From contig JAEEIG010000055.1 in the NCBI GenBank assembly GCA_016281255.1, positions 1 to 59,921 of the forward strand: a stretch of DNA of 59,921 nt, read 5' to 3'. Below are positions 8,109 through 16,010 of the stretch, piece by piece. A program made the translations under genes and the position numbers. How positions within the stretch are numbered: position 1 is the first letter of the stretch; every line of letters starts with the position of its first letter. The DNA is from Bacteroidales bacterium. Its GTDB lineage: Bacteria; Bacteroidota; Bacteroidia; Bacteroidales; WCHB1-69. The notes beneath the pieces were generated by a model. It was given only the letters and a program-made list of their open reading frames with translations, ran no database searches and had not been told where the DNA came from.

Positions 8109-8171
8109 GTTTACAGGTTTACAGGTTTACAGGCTTACAGGTTTACAGGCTTACAGGTTTAGGCGTTTACG
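8108..8171. repeat. octamer tandem array (GGYTTACA) x8, inverse orientation of the CCTGTAAR family
   Basis: Units read: ggtttaca x3, ggcttaca, ggtttaca, ggcttaca, ggtttagg, cgtttacg. The array starts on the last base of the Omp85 stop codon. It also contains the stop (8151..8153) of the minus-strand four-helix-bundle gene. Confidence 0.95.
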
Positions 8172-8528
8172 GAGGGAGGCGCGAAGGCCGATGAGCATAT
8201 TGGAGATAGAAAAGATTTTGGGTTTGACAGTAGCTATATCGGTTTCTTGAATGAAACCCAGGTCAGAAGCAACTTGTAACTGACAATATGTTTCCATTAA
8301 TGAACCGTATGCAATCTCAACAAAATGAATTTGCTCTTTGAGGGATCCTCTGCCAGTGCCTTCTGCAATGTTTGATGGAACTGAAACTATAGCTCGTCGA
8401 ACCTGGTCACCTAAAGCATATTTTTCTTCGTTTGTGAATTTACGAACTAGTTGGTAAATATCACTAACTAGTGTTCTGGACTCTTGCCATACGGCCAATT
8501 TTTCGAATGAGAATTTTGAATCTTTCAT
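8151..8528 (-). CDS. four-helix bundle protein (23S rRNA intervening-sequence protein / S23p family)
   Basis: MKDSKFSFEKLAVWQESRTLVSDIYQLVRKF...ALGDQVRRAIVSVPSNIAEGTGRGS.KE...F..IAYGSL.E is the classic signature of this family. The ATG at 8528 is preferred over the ORF-track start at 8651. The gene is markedly AT-richer than its neighbours. Confidence 0.88.
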   Translation of the reverse strand: MKDSKFSFEKLAVWQESRTLVSDIYQLVRKFTNEEKYALGDQVRRAIVSVPSNIAEGTGRGSLKEQIHFVEIAYGSLMETYCQLQVASDLGFIQETDIATVKPKIFSISNMLIGLRASLRKRLNL

Positions 8529-8581
8529 GATACAATGCTTTAACTTAATAAATTGTTTTTTATCAAATACATAATCAATTG

Positions 8582-8589
8582 CAAAATTA
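8582..8589 (-). promoter_or_regulatory. -7 promoter box TAATTTTG for the four-helix-bundle gene
   Basis: The plus strand reads caaaatta, a perfect TAnnTTTG on the minus strand, 54 nt upstream of ATG 8528. Confidence 0.5.
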
Positions 8590-8650
8590 ACAAGATAATT
8601 TTGAATAATAAAGGAAAACCAACAATTCTTCCAACACCACAATGTTAACA

Positions 8651-8690
8651 ACCCTAAGCCCCTAAACCTGTAAACCAGTAAGCATGTAAA
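8651..8690. repeat. octamer tandem array (CCNNTAAR) x5
   Basis: Units read: accctaag cccctaaa cctgtaaa ccagtaag catgtaaa. It is inverted relative to the array at 8108..8171. Confidence 0.9.
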
Positions 8691-8766
8691 CTATTGAGAA
8701 TCAGCACTGTTAATAACACTGTTTATAAAAATTCCGGCAAGGGTGACAACCTAAAAACGGAATTAT

Positions 8767-8774
8767 TATTTTTG
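8767..8774 (+). promoter_or_regulatory. -7 promoter box TATTTTTG driving the riboswitch-nrdDG transcript
   Basis: Perfect TAnnTTTG match immediately upstream of the riboswitch. Confidence 0.6.
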
Positions 8775-8777
8775 CAC

Positions 8778-8950
8778 GGGTTCAGGTTCTCCTGCAGATT
8801 AAAAGGGAACGCTGTGAGAATCAGCGACTATGCCCGTAGCTGTGAGTTCCGATTTGGCGCCCTCCCCAATATGTCACTGGCCTTTTCCGGGCCGGGAAGG
8901 CGGGGAGAGAGCGGGGACAAGCCAGAAGACCTGCCTGAAACCGCAGATCG
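8778..8950 (+). promoter_or_regulatory. cobalamin (B12) riboswitch
   Basis: Conserved blocks were read directly: AAAAGGGAACGCTGTGAGAATC, GCCCGTAGCTGT, TGTCACTGG...CCGGGAAGGC, and the B12 box AAGCCAGAAGACCTGCC (8919..8935). It lies in the 5' leader of nrdD. Confidence 0.85.
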
Positions 8951-9040
8951 TAGCTTTCGGGATTAAGAGCCGACGAGAAAAGCAGACAAGTGCAATTTCT
9001 CCCTGAGCTGTTTTATTAACCACCAAAACCTTAACCAGTA

Positions 9041-11131
9041 ATGGATCAACTGTACATCATCAAACGTAACGGCAAGCGGGAGCCCTTCTCCGCCGAAAAA
9101 ATCAAAAACGCCATCGCGAAAGCCTTCCTCTCCGTGAACAGCTTCGCCACGCAAGACGTGCTCATCAACGTCATGAGCCGCCTCAAAATCCATGACGGCA
9201 TCTCCGTGGAGGAGATCCAGAACCAAGTGGAGGTCTCCCTCATGGCCGAACGCTACTACGAGGTGGCCAAAGCCTACATCCTGTACAGACAACGCCATTA
9301 CGAGGACCGCGAGGTGAAGGAGAAACTCGACTTCCTCATCAACTACTGCAACGCCTCCAACGCCGCCACCGGCTCCAAATACGACGCCAACGCCAACGTC
9401 GAGAAGAAGAACATCGCCACCCTCATCGGCGAACTCCCCAAGTCGAACTTCATCCGCCTCAACCGCAGAATGCTCTGCGACCGCATCAAGGACCTGTACG
9501 GCAAGGAACTGTCCGACAAATACCTCTACCTGCTCAACCACCATTTCATCTACAAGAACGACGAGACCAGCATCGCCAACTACTGCGCCTCCATCACCAT
9601 GTACCCCTGGCTGCTCGACGGCACCAAGAGCATCGGCGGCAACGCCTCCGCCCCCACCAACCTCAAGTCCTACTGCGGCGGCTTCATCAACATGGTCTTC
9701 ATGGTCTCCAGCATGCTCAGCGGCGCCTGCGCCACCCCGGAGTTCCTGATGTACATGGACTACTTCATCCGCAAGGAATACGGCGACGACTACTACCAGC
9801 ACAGCGACAAGGTGGTCGATCTCTCCGTGCGCCAGCGCACCATCGACAAGATGATCACCGACTGCTTCGAACAGGTGGTCTATTCCATCAACCAGCCCAC
9901 CGGAGCGCGCAACTTCCAGTCCGTTTTCTGGAACGTGGCCTACTACGACCGCTACTACTTCCAAAGCCTCTTCGGCGAGTTCCGCTTCCCCGACGGCTCC
10001 AAGCCCATCTGGGACTCTCTCAGCTGGCTGCAGAAACGCTTCATGCGCTGGTTCAACCAGGAACGCCTCCGCTCGGTGCTCACCTTCCCCGTCGAAACCA
10101 TGGCCCTGCTCAGCAAAGACGGCGACATCATCGACTCCGAATACGCCGACTTCACCGCCGAAATGTACGCCGAAGGCCACTCCTTCTTCACCTATGTGAG
10201 CGACAATGCCGACTCCCTGAGCAGCTGCTGTCGTCTGCGCAACGAAATCCAGGATAACGGCTTCAGCTACACCCTCGGCGCCGGCGGCGTCTCCACCGGC
10301 TCCAAAAGCGTGCTCACCATCAACATCAACCGCTGCATCCAGTACGAATGCCGCAACAACATCCCGCAATTCCAGTTCGTGGAAGAGGTGATCGACCTCA
10401 TGCACAAGGTGCAGATCGCCTACAACGAAAACCTCAAATACCTCCAGTCCAAAGGCATGCTGCCGCTCTTCGACGCCGGCTACATCGCCATCAACCGACA
10501 GTATCTCACCATCGGCGTCAACGGACTGGTGGAGGCCGCCGAATTCCTCAGCATCCCCATCGACGACAACCCGCAGTACCAGAAATTCGTCGAAGACACC
10601 CTCGGACTCGTGGAGAAATACAACCACCAGTACCGTTCGAAGGAGCTGCTCTTCAACTGCGAGATGATCCCCGCGGAGAACGTGGGCGTCAAACACGCCA
10701 AATGGGACCGCGAAGACGGCTACCGCGTGCCCCGCGACTGCTACAACAGCTACTTCTACCGCGTGGAGGACGACTCGCTCAACCTGATCGACAAGTTCCG
10801 CCTCCACGGCTCCCGCTACATCGCGCACCTCACCGGCGGCTCCGCCCTGCACGCCAACCTCGAAGAACACCTCTCCCAGCCCCAATACCGTCAACTGCTC
10901 CGCATCGCCGCCCAGGAAGGCTGCAACTACTTCACCTTCAACATCCCCAACACCGTCTGCAACGACTGCGGCCACATCGACAAGCGCTACCTCCACGAAT
11001 GCCCCGAATGCCACAGCCAGAACCTCGACTACCTCACCCGCGTCATCGGCTACATGAAACGCGTCAGCAGCTTCTCCCAAGCCCGCCAAGAAGAAGCCTC
11101 CCGCCGCCACTACGAAAAGGCCACCATTTAA
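9041..11131 (+). CDS. nrdD: anaerobic ribonucleoside-triphosphate reductase (class III)
   Basis: N-terminal ATP-cone (MDQLYIIKRNGKREPFSAEKIKNAI). C-terminal Zn site CNDCGH...CPECHS and glycyl-radical motif TRVIGYM. Confidence 0.95.
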   Translation: MDQLYIIKRNGKREPFSAEKIKNAIAKAFLSVNSFATQDVLINVMSRLKIHDGISVEEIQNQVEVSLMAERYYEVAKAYILYRQRHYEDREVKEKLDFLINYCNASNAATGSKYDANANVEKKNIATLIGELPKSNFIRLNRRMLCDRIKDLYGKELSDKYLYLLNHHFIYKNDETSIANYCASITMYPWLLDGTKSIGGNASAPTNLKSYCGGFINMVFMVSSMLSGACATPEFLMYMDYFIRKEYGDDYYQHSDKVVDLSVRQRTIDKMITDCFEQVVYSINQPTGARNFQSVFWNVAYYDRYYFQSLFGEFRFPDGSKPIWDSLSWLQKRFMRWFNQERLRSVLTFPVETMALLSKDGDIIDSEYADFTAEMYAEGHSFFTYVSDNADSLSSCCRLRNEIQDNGFSYTLGAGGVSTGSKSVLTININRCIQYECRNNIPQFQFVEEVIDLMHKVQIAYNENLKYLQSKGMLPLFDAGYIAINRQYLTIGVNGLVEAAEFLSIPIDDNPQYQKFVEDTLGLVEKYNHQYRSKELLFNCEMIPAENVGVKHAKWDREDGYRVPRDCYNSYFYRVEDDSLNLIDKFRLHGSRYIAHLTGGSALHANLEEHLSQPQYRQLLRIAAQEGCNYFTFNIPNTVCNDCGHIDKRYLHECPECHSQNLDYLTRVIGYMKRVSSFSQARQEEASRRHYEKATI

Positions 11132-11183
11132 GAAACACTTCCATAACAGCCTCGGAGAGGCTGAACGCGCGAAGCGCAATTAA

Positions 11184-11268
11184 CCCCACACAAGCGCAGC
11201 GCAGTGTGGGGCCCACTGCCCCGACCACCGTGTGGGGCTCATCTCCCCCACAGCAGTGTGGGGCCCAT
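11184..11268. repeat. GTGTGGGGCYCA repeats and hairpins in the nrdD-nrdG spacer
   Basis: There are three copies of GTGTGGGGC(C/T)CA, starting at 11204, 11230 and 11257. Two are preceded by complementary CCCCACA(C), giving hairpins CCCCACAC-N12-GTGTGGGG and CCCCACA-GCAG-TGTGGGG. Confidence 0.8.
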
Positions 11269-11276
11269 CAAAAACT

Positions 11277-11729
11277 ATGCTAAAGTACTACAACTACGAT
11301 ATCGTCTTCCAAGAGATCCCCGACGAGGTGACCCTCGCCGTGAACATCACCAACTGCCCGCACCGGTGCGTGGGCTGCCACAGCCCGCACCTGCGCGAAG
11401 ACATCGGGCATGCCTTGACCGAAAAGGCGTTGGATTCGCTGTTGGACAAATACGGCAAGCAGATCACCTGCGTCTGCTTCATGGGGGGCGACGCACAGGC
11501 CAACGATGTGGAATCGCTGGCCCGGCATCTGCGTCAAAACACAAAACTGAAAGTCGCGTGGTATTCGGGCAACAACACCCTCCCGCGCAACGCACAACTG
11601 TTTGATTACGTGAAAATCGGCGGTTACCAGGCCAACCTCGGCGGACTCCGCTCCCGCACCACCAACCAGCGCCTCTACCGCACCTCCGGCCCCAAAACCG
11701 TGGACATCACGGAACGGTTCTGGCGGTAA
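11277..11729 (+). CDS. nrdG: anaerobic ribonucleotide reductase activating protein (radical SAM)
   Basis: MLKYYNYDIVFQEIPDEVTLAVNITNCPHRCVGCHSP carries the CxxxCxxC motif. The ATG at 11277 is preferred over the ORF-track start at 11232, which lies inside the repeat spacer. Confidence 0.9.
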   Translation: MLKYYNYDIVFQEIPDEVTLAVNITNCPHRCVGCHSPHLREDIGHALTEKALDSLLDKYGKQITCVCFMGGDAQANDVESLARHLRQNTKLKVAWYSGNNTLPRNAQLFDYVKIGGYQANLGGLRSRTTNQRLYRTSGPKTVDITERFWR

Positions 11730-11734
11730 GCCCA

Positions 11735-12475
11735 TTAAAAGGTTTTCGGGGTTTTAGGATTGATCATGGTGAACGTATCCTCCCCGCTCAATTTCAGGGT
11801 GAAAAGGCCCTGTTTTTGAGCATATCCGACGGCTTTCCCTTTATAGCTGATGGCGGCCATGGCACCATAGACTGTCTTCTCTCCAAATCTCGGAAAATAG
11901 TACCGGAATTTCTGCATTTGTTGAATGAAATACTTCACATCCTCCACAGAACAGGTGGTTTTCACTTCAACAGCGACGAGTACCGAGCAGTTCTCCAAAA
12001 GGACATCCACTTCCATCTTATCCACCCCATTGACAGTAGCCTTGATGGATTCGCCTTCCCTGTATATATTTTGGATACCGATGCCAAGGTCTTTGAACAA
12101 CTTCAAGGCAGCCGGTGCACACAGTGCCTCCACCAGACGCCCCCACTTCGTGGCATTCTCATCTCTCAAACGCTTCGTCTCCTCTTCCGATTTTTTCATC
12201 CACTCTTTGAACTCCGCATGTTTTCTTTGGTCCTCTTCCAACATACGATCCCATTTCGCCATCATCATTTCGCAAAAGTCCTTATGGGCTTGGCGTTCCT
12301 TTTCCCAATGCTCCTCTTTGGTCTTGCGCTCAGCTTCCCACTGAGCTTCCCGCTCGGCTTTCTCCTTGAGATACCGATTGTAGTTTTCATCCATTCGACG
12401 GCCATTTTCTTTCACGGATTCCAACAACGCCCCGAAGTCGGGGAACGGATAATTTTGAATACTTTGATTTTCCAT
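11735..12475 (-). CDS. hypothetical protein: N-terminal charged coiled coil plus C-terminal PD-(D/E)xK-like nuclease fold (DUF3782-like)
   Basis: 246 aa. Residues ~25-110 are E/K/R/W-rich heptad-like (AEREAQWEAERKTKEEHWEKERQAHKDF). The C-terminus reads ...GVDKMEVDVLLENCSVLVAVEVKTTCSVEDV, consistent with a D...E.K restriction-endonuclease-like core. The gene is AT-richer than the core genes. Confidence 0.7.
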   Translation of the reverse strand: MENQSIQNYPFPDFGALLESVKENGRRMDENYNRYLKEKAEREAQWEAERKTKEEHWEKERQAHKDFCEMMMAKWDRMLEEDQRKHAEFKEWMKKSEEETKRLRDENATKWGRLVEALCAPAALKLFKDLGIGIQNIYREGESIKATVNGVDKMEVDVLLENCSVLVAVEVKTTCSVEDVKYFIQQMQKFRYYFPRFGEKTVYGAMAAISYKGKAVGYAQKQGLFTLKLSGEDTFTMINPKTPKTF

Positions 12476-12512
12476 AATGATTGATTATAATGAAACATAA
12501 AATGAACATCCG

Positions 12513-12520
12513 CAAAAATA
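12513..12520 (-). promoter_or_regulatory. -7 promoter box TATTTTTG for the 11735..12475 gene
   Basis: The plus strand reads caaaaata, a perfect TAnnTTTG on the minus strand, 38 nt upstream of ATG 12475. Confidence 0.55.
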
Positions 12521-12754
12521 CAACACAAAACAATACCCACCACGAACCCTAATAAAATTTTTTTACCCCTGAAAGTCAGATCTTTATAAATTTTCCAAGA
12601 AACAAATTAACAAACAATTGTAAAATAAAACAAAGGAATTCGGAGAATTCAGAAAGAGATACCGAAAATCAAAACAGATCCCGTCCCGCCACCGCATAGA
12701 GAACCCCTTGCCATACCCCCTCCCCAAAACCCGGAATCATTAGACAAAAAAAAA

Positions 12755-12772
12755 GCCCCGCAAACGCGGGGC
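12755..12772 (-). terminator. rho-independent terminator of the 18125->12795 surface-protein operon
   Basis: The minus strand reads GCCCCGC-GTTT-GCGGGGC followed by T9 (the plus-strand A-run at 12746..12754). It lies 23 nt downstream of the stop at 12795. Confidence 0.8.
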
Positions 12773-12794
12773 CTTATATGCTAAAATATGCTTA

Positions 12795-14159
12795 TTATTG
12801 AACAGTAACAGATTTTTTTAAGACAGGACATCCATCTTTTGCCAACTTGAAAGTCAAAACTTGACCAGTGGTTAAGGGATAACATTCGCCTTCATAAACG
12901 TTATCTGATACCTGTACCCATGTAAGCAATTGTCCAACCGGGAAGTACAAGCCATTTTCATCATCAACAGTAAGAATGTTATTTACATTATCATTCAAAT
13001 TAAATCCTGCCACTTGAGCTGTTAATTTATTAATATGGGCAGTAGGATCTGCTGTGAAATAAGGACAACCAGCAGCTTTGGCCTTTGCATTTTCGAGTTC
13101 CTCTTTCAAATCACAAACAGTAGTAGTACCACATGCTTTAACATAATTGTTGCCAATGTAGCTTTCCAAGTAGGAATCGAATTTATTCTTAAGCTGTGTG
13201 TAAAGGGCAGGATTCTGATCACGCAGAGTAGCGTAAATTTCCTGAACATCCTGATACTTCAACACATTTTTGATATAATACTCGGCAACGGTCATCATGA
13301 GTTCCTTATGATTCATGACATAAACGATGGCGCTGTCGCGAACAGCATTGAAGATTTCATGGAACTGGGGATTCTCGCGGGCAGCGTTCCAAAGATCCTT
13401 GACCTCTTCCTTCGTGGTGTTCGTGAGATAATATTCGGCAATTTCGTAAGCCAGTTTCTTGTTGGCCTTGATGGAATCGACCAGCATTTCTTTGAGTTTC
13501 TGCTTCACTTCAGGGGTAACGGCGTTGTAAGCGTCCTTGGCGTCCTGAACAGAAGCATTGCCAATGAAGTAGAGAGCCAGATCCTTCACCGTGGCAGGCT
13601 GGGACTTGATGTAGCTGACGATGCTGTCTTTCACCGCTTTGGAGACAGAGGCATTGTTAAACAAAGCCGTGACGATTTGACCGACATCCTCACCTTTGGT
13701 GTTAGGATTGCTGAGATATTCAACAATCTTCGCGGTGGTGATATCCAAAGGATCCTGCACAGATTGCAGAGCCAACGGGACGGGCATCACAGGATTGATC
13801 ACCTCGGAGAGGGTAGTGGTGCCTGCAGCATCCATGAAGGTAGCCTTGATGATGGCATTGTTCCAATCAATGTTGGCAGGGATAGGATTCTTTTCCCCGA
13901 TGATGAAGGAAACCATACCGTTGCGGTTGGTCATAACATCCAAAGTGGTGGAATAGGCAGCACCAGCATAGTCGACTTGAAAAATCTCCACTGTTACTTT
14001 AACAGCTTCGTTCATCACCAAGTTGAAGTCGTGGTTTTGGTCACGAACCACTGCCTGATAATTAAATTTGGCTTGGGGGACTTGTTGATCCGCCGTCTGG
14101 GCCGAAAGGATGCTCACGCTTACGAAAAGCATCACTAAAAAGGTTAAAATCTTTTTCAT
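12795..14159 (-). CDS. secreted hypothetical protein, paralog of 16011..18125
   Basis: Signal peptide MKKILTFLVMLFVSVSILSAQ. N-terminal beta module ...KFNYQAVVRDQNHD...TNRNGMVSFIIGE. Three ~45-aa helical repeats (..KDSIVSYIK....LALYFIGNASVQDA.. / ..AEYYLTNTTKEEVKDLWNAA.. / ..AEYYIKNVLKYQDV..). Cys-bracketed C-terminal module ending ...CPVLKKSVTVQ. Confidence 0.85.
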   Translation of the reverse strand: MKKILTFLVMLFVSVSILSAQTADQQVPQAKFNYQAVVRDQNHDFNLVMNEAVKVTVEIFQVDYAGAAYSTTLDVMTNRNGMVSFIIGEKNPIPANIDWNNAIIKATFMDAAGTTTLSEVINPVMPVPLALQSVQDPLDITTAKIVEYLSNPNTKGEDVGQIVTALFNNASVSKAVKDSIVSYIKSQPATVKDLALYFIGNASVQDAKDAYNAVTPEVKQKLKEMLVDSIKANKKLAYEIAEYYLTNTTKEEVKDLWNAARENPQFHEIFNAVRDSAIVYVMNHKELMMTVAEYYIKNVLKYQDVQEIYATLRDQNPALYTQLKNKFDSYLESYIGNNYVKACGTTTVCDLKEELENAKAKAAGCPYFTADPTAHINKLTAQVAGFNLNDNVNNILTVDDENGLYFPVGQLLTWVQVSDNVYEGECYPLTTGQVLTFKLAKDGCPVLKKSVTVQ

Positions 14160-14198
14160 TGTTTTATTGTTTTTATTATTAATTATTATCGTTGAATA

Positions 14199-15956
14199 TT
14201 ATTGTTGAACATTAATAATTGTTGAAAATTCGTCGCATGTAGCAGACTCAGGGGTACTAACTTTAACTGATGTCACACTGCCGAAAGCCTGTACAAAATA
14301 ATCATCGGCATTCCATACGTAAGTACCATCAGCATTTATACCTGCACTTTTAAAATAAGATGTTGATTGTCCATCAATAAAAGTAACATATTCAATAGTC
14401 ACCGCATCAGAAATCTGACCAACAGTATAACCAATTACTGTTCCAGAGACACCATTAGGAATATTGCTGGTGGTAGTAGCAGAATAAAAGAATTGAGCAG
14501 TGATATCAGTGATAGTGCATGCAGGTTCTTCGTATTCAGGCATAAGTTCAACAGGAATATCCTTATAATCAGAACCAGTACAGATTTGGCCATCATAAAG
14601 AATGGTTGCAGTTGTATTGATTGCAACAAGTTCCATGTCAACGATAGAGACGCCTGGATTATTTTCTAAGGCTTGCTCTTCATTGTAAAACCAACTATAT
14701 TGAGGATTGTTGCCAGTATTTTCAAAAATAACCGTTTGACCATTAACAGATGCATCACCCTGAAGAGTCACGGTTTGCTCTGCATTTGTAGGAACACCAT
14801 AAACGGCTTCATAATGAACAGTGACATTACTTATTTTACTGGCATCATAATTATTGACAGCAAAGTAGTAACCTAAATCACCCACATTAGATACAGTACC
14901 AATAGTCGGGCAATCAGTTGTAGGAGGAGGGGTGGGAATAGGTGTAGGGTTAGGTGTGGGATCATCTTTATGATAATCATAAAGCATATCGAGGACGCAG
15001 CGCACGCTCATGGCGTCGGCGGTGTCATTGCGAGGCTCCTGTTTCGGCTTGTCGCAATAGTAGAGAATCTGGAAGTAGTTGGGTTTGCAAGTGGAATCGT
15101 TGTCGGCGAACCAGAAATCAGCTTCGCTGTGGTAGCCTTCGAAACGCTCGGCTAAGCCTTTGTAATAACCGGAAGGCTGGGCGGAGAACTTGGTGAGGTT
15201 GGTGATGTTCTCGGCAACCACCCAATAGTCACCCTCTGCACTGCGCAGATCGTCGGTGTTCTTCGCAAGGATAAGGGCAGTCTCGGCTGCGGTGGGAAGG
15301 TGCCAACCGCAAGGACAGATACCGGTCTTGTAGATGGAATCGCAATCAGAGCCCACGGCCTGATTCCATTTGTAGAGCAGACCGAAGGTATCGACATTCA
15401 GGGAGCTGACGATCTCGGAAGTGTAGCTCATGGTCTCCACATCTTCACCGGCGCAGTTCGTGGTCGTGCGCATATTGCTCTTGGTCCAGCAATGGGTGTT
15501 GTCGATAGCGATGACCTCGTAGGGGTTGCCGTCGGCATCGTCCACCGTGCACGGACACACAAAGAGGTGGAGCACTAAGAGCTGGTCGTAGTTGTAAATG
15601 GCGCTATTCGGATGCTGGATTGTGAGGAAGGTGTCGCGGGGACCATCATCGGCGAATTCGTCCACGATCTTTTGGACGTCGGCCACGGTAAGTTTAAACT
15701 CACCGATTGTCAGGCTGTCACCGCAGCCAACCACGGTCTCGAGGGTGTCGCCGACGATCTGTGCCTGTGCAAGACCTTCAGCCGCTTGGTAAGGATTGGC
15801 GCCGAAGTCAATGTCGCCGAACATCTGTCCGAAGACTGCGTAGGTCTGGTTGCCGGCGGCACCGGGCACGAACCCACGCACTGTGTTATGGTTCTGCGCA
15901 AAGGTAAAACCTGCGCAAAGAACCATGATCATCATAATCAGAAAATTCTTTTTCAT
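14199..15956 (-). CDS. secreted protein with FISUMP (Fibrobacter succinogenes major paralogous, TIGR02145-like) domain
   Basis: Signal peptide MKKNFLIMMIMVLCAGFTFAQ. FISUMP signature: DADGNPYEVIAIDNTHCWTKSNM...LLYKWNQAV...CPCGWHLPTAAE...FSAQPSGYY...ADFWFADN...SVRCV. A Pro/Thr linker (DPTPNPTPIPTPPPTT) is followed by C-terminal beta modules starting CPTIG and ending ...TIINVQQ. Confidence 0.85.
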   Translation of the reverse strand: MKKNFLIMMIMVLCAGFTFAQNHNTVRGFVPGAAGNQTYAVFGQMFGDIDFGANPYQAAEGLAQAQIVGDTLETVVGCGDSLTIGEFKLTVADVQKIVDEFADDGPRDTFLTIQHPNSAIYNYDQLLVLHLFVCPCTVDDADGNPYEVIAIDNTHCWTKSNMRTTTNCAGEDVETMSYTSEIVSSLNVDTFGLLYKWNQAVGSDCDSIYKTGICPCGWHLPTAAETALILAKNTDDLRSAEGDYWVVAENITNLTKFSAQPSGYYKGLAERFEGYHSEADFWFADNDSTCKPNYFQILYYCDKPKQEPRNDTADAMSVRCVLDMLYDYHKDDPTPNPTPIPTPPPTTDCPTIGTVSNVGDLGYYFAVNNYDASKISNVTVHYEAVYGVPTNAEQTVTLQGDASVNGQTVIFENTGNNPQYSWFYNEEQALENNPGVSIVDMELVAINTTATILYDGQICTGSDYKDIPVELMPEYEEPACTITDITAQFFYSATTTSNIPNGVSGTVIGYTVGQISDAVTIEYVTFIDGQSTSYFKSAGINADGTYVWNADDYFVQAFGSVTSVKVSTPESATCDEFSTIINVQQ

Positions 15957-16010
15957 ATCTTTATTTTTTTACTTTTCTAGAACTTAATTACTTGCAACAC
16001 AATACGAGGG

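Noticed and set aside
8151-8528. Diversity-generating retroelement, considered because the four-helix-bundle protein is Avd-like.
   Set aside because: There is no reverse transcriptase ORF. I could see no template/variable repeat pair with adenine-specific differences, and no C-type-lectin target gene next to it.
8694-8966. 90-aa ORF upstream of nrdD.
   Set aside because: It is entirely covered by the cobalamin riboswitch and its promoter.
12476-12794. tRNA, sRNA or small ORF in the 319-bp AT-rich gap. One candidate is the 19-codon ORF starting at ATG 12491, MKHKMNIRKN...
   Set aside because: There is no cloverleaf-compatible sequence, and the ORF is very short with no supporting signals. 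The region is explained by a promoter box (12513-12520) and a terminator (12755-12772).
14199-15956. Lipoprotein (lipobox) reading of the FISUMP protein signal peptide (MVLCAGF).
   Set aside because: The residues preceding the Cys (V-L) do not fit the lipobox -1 G/A/S requirement. An ordinary SPI signal ending ...FTFAQ is more likely.
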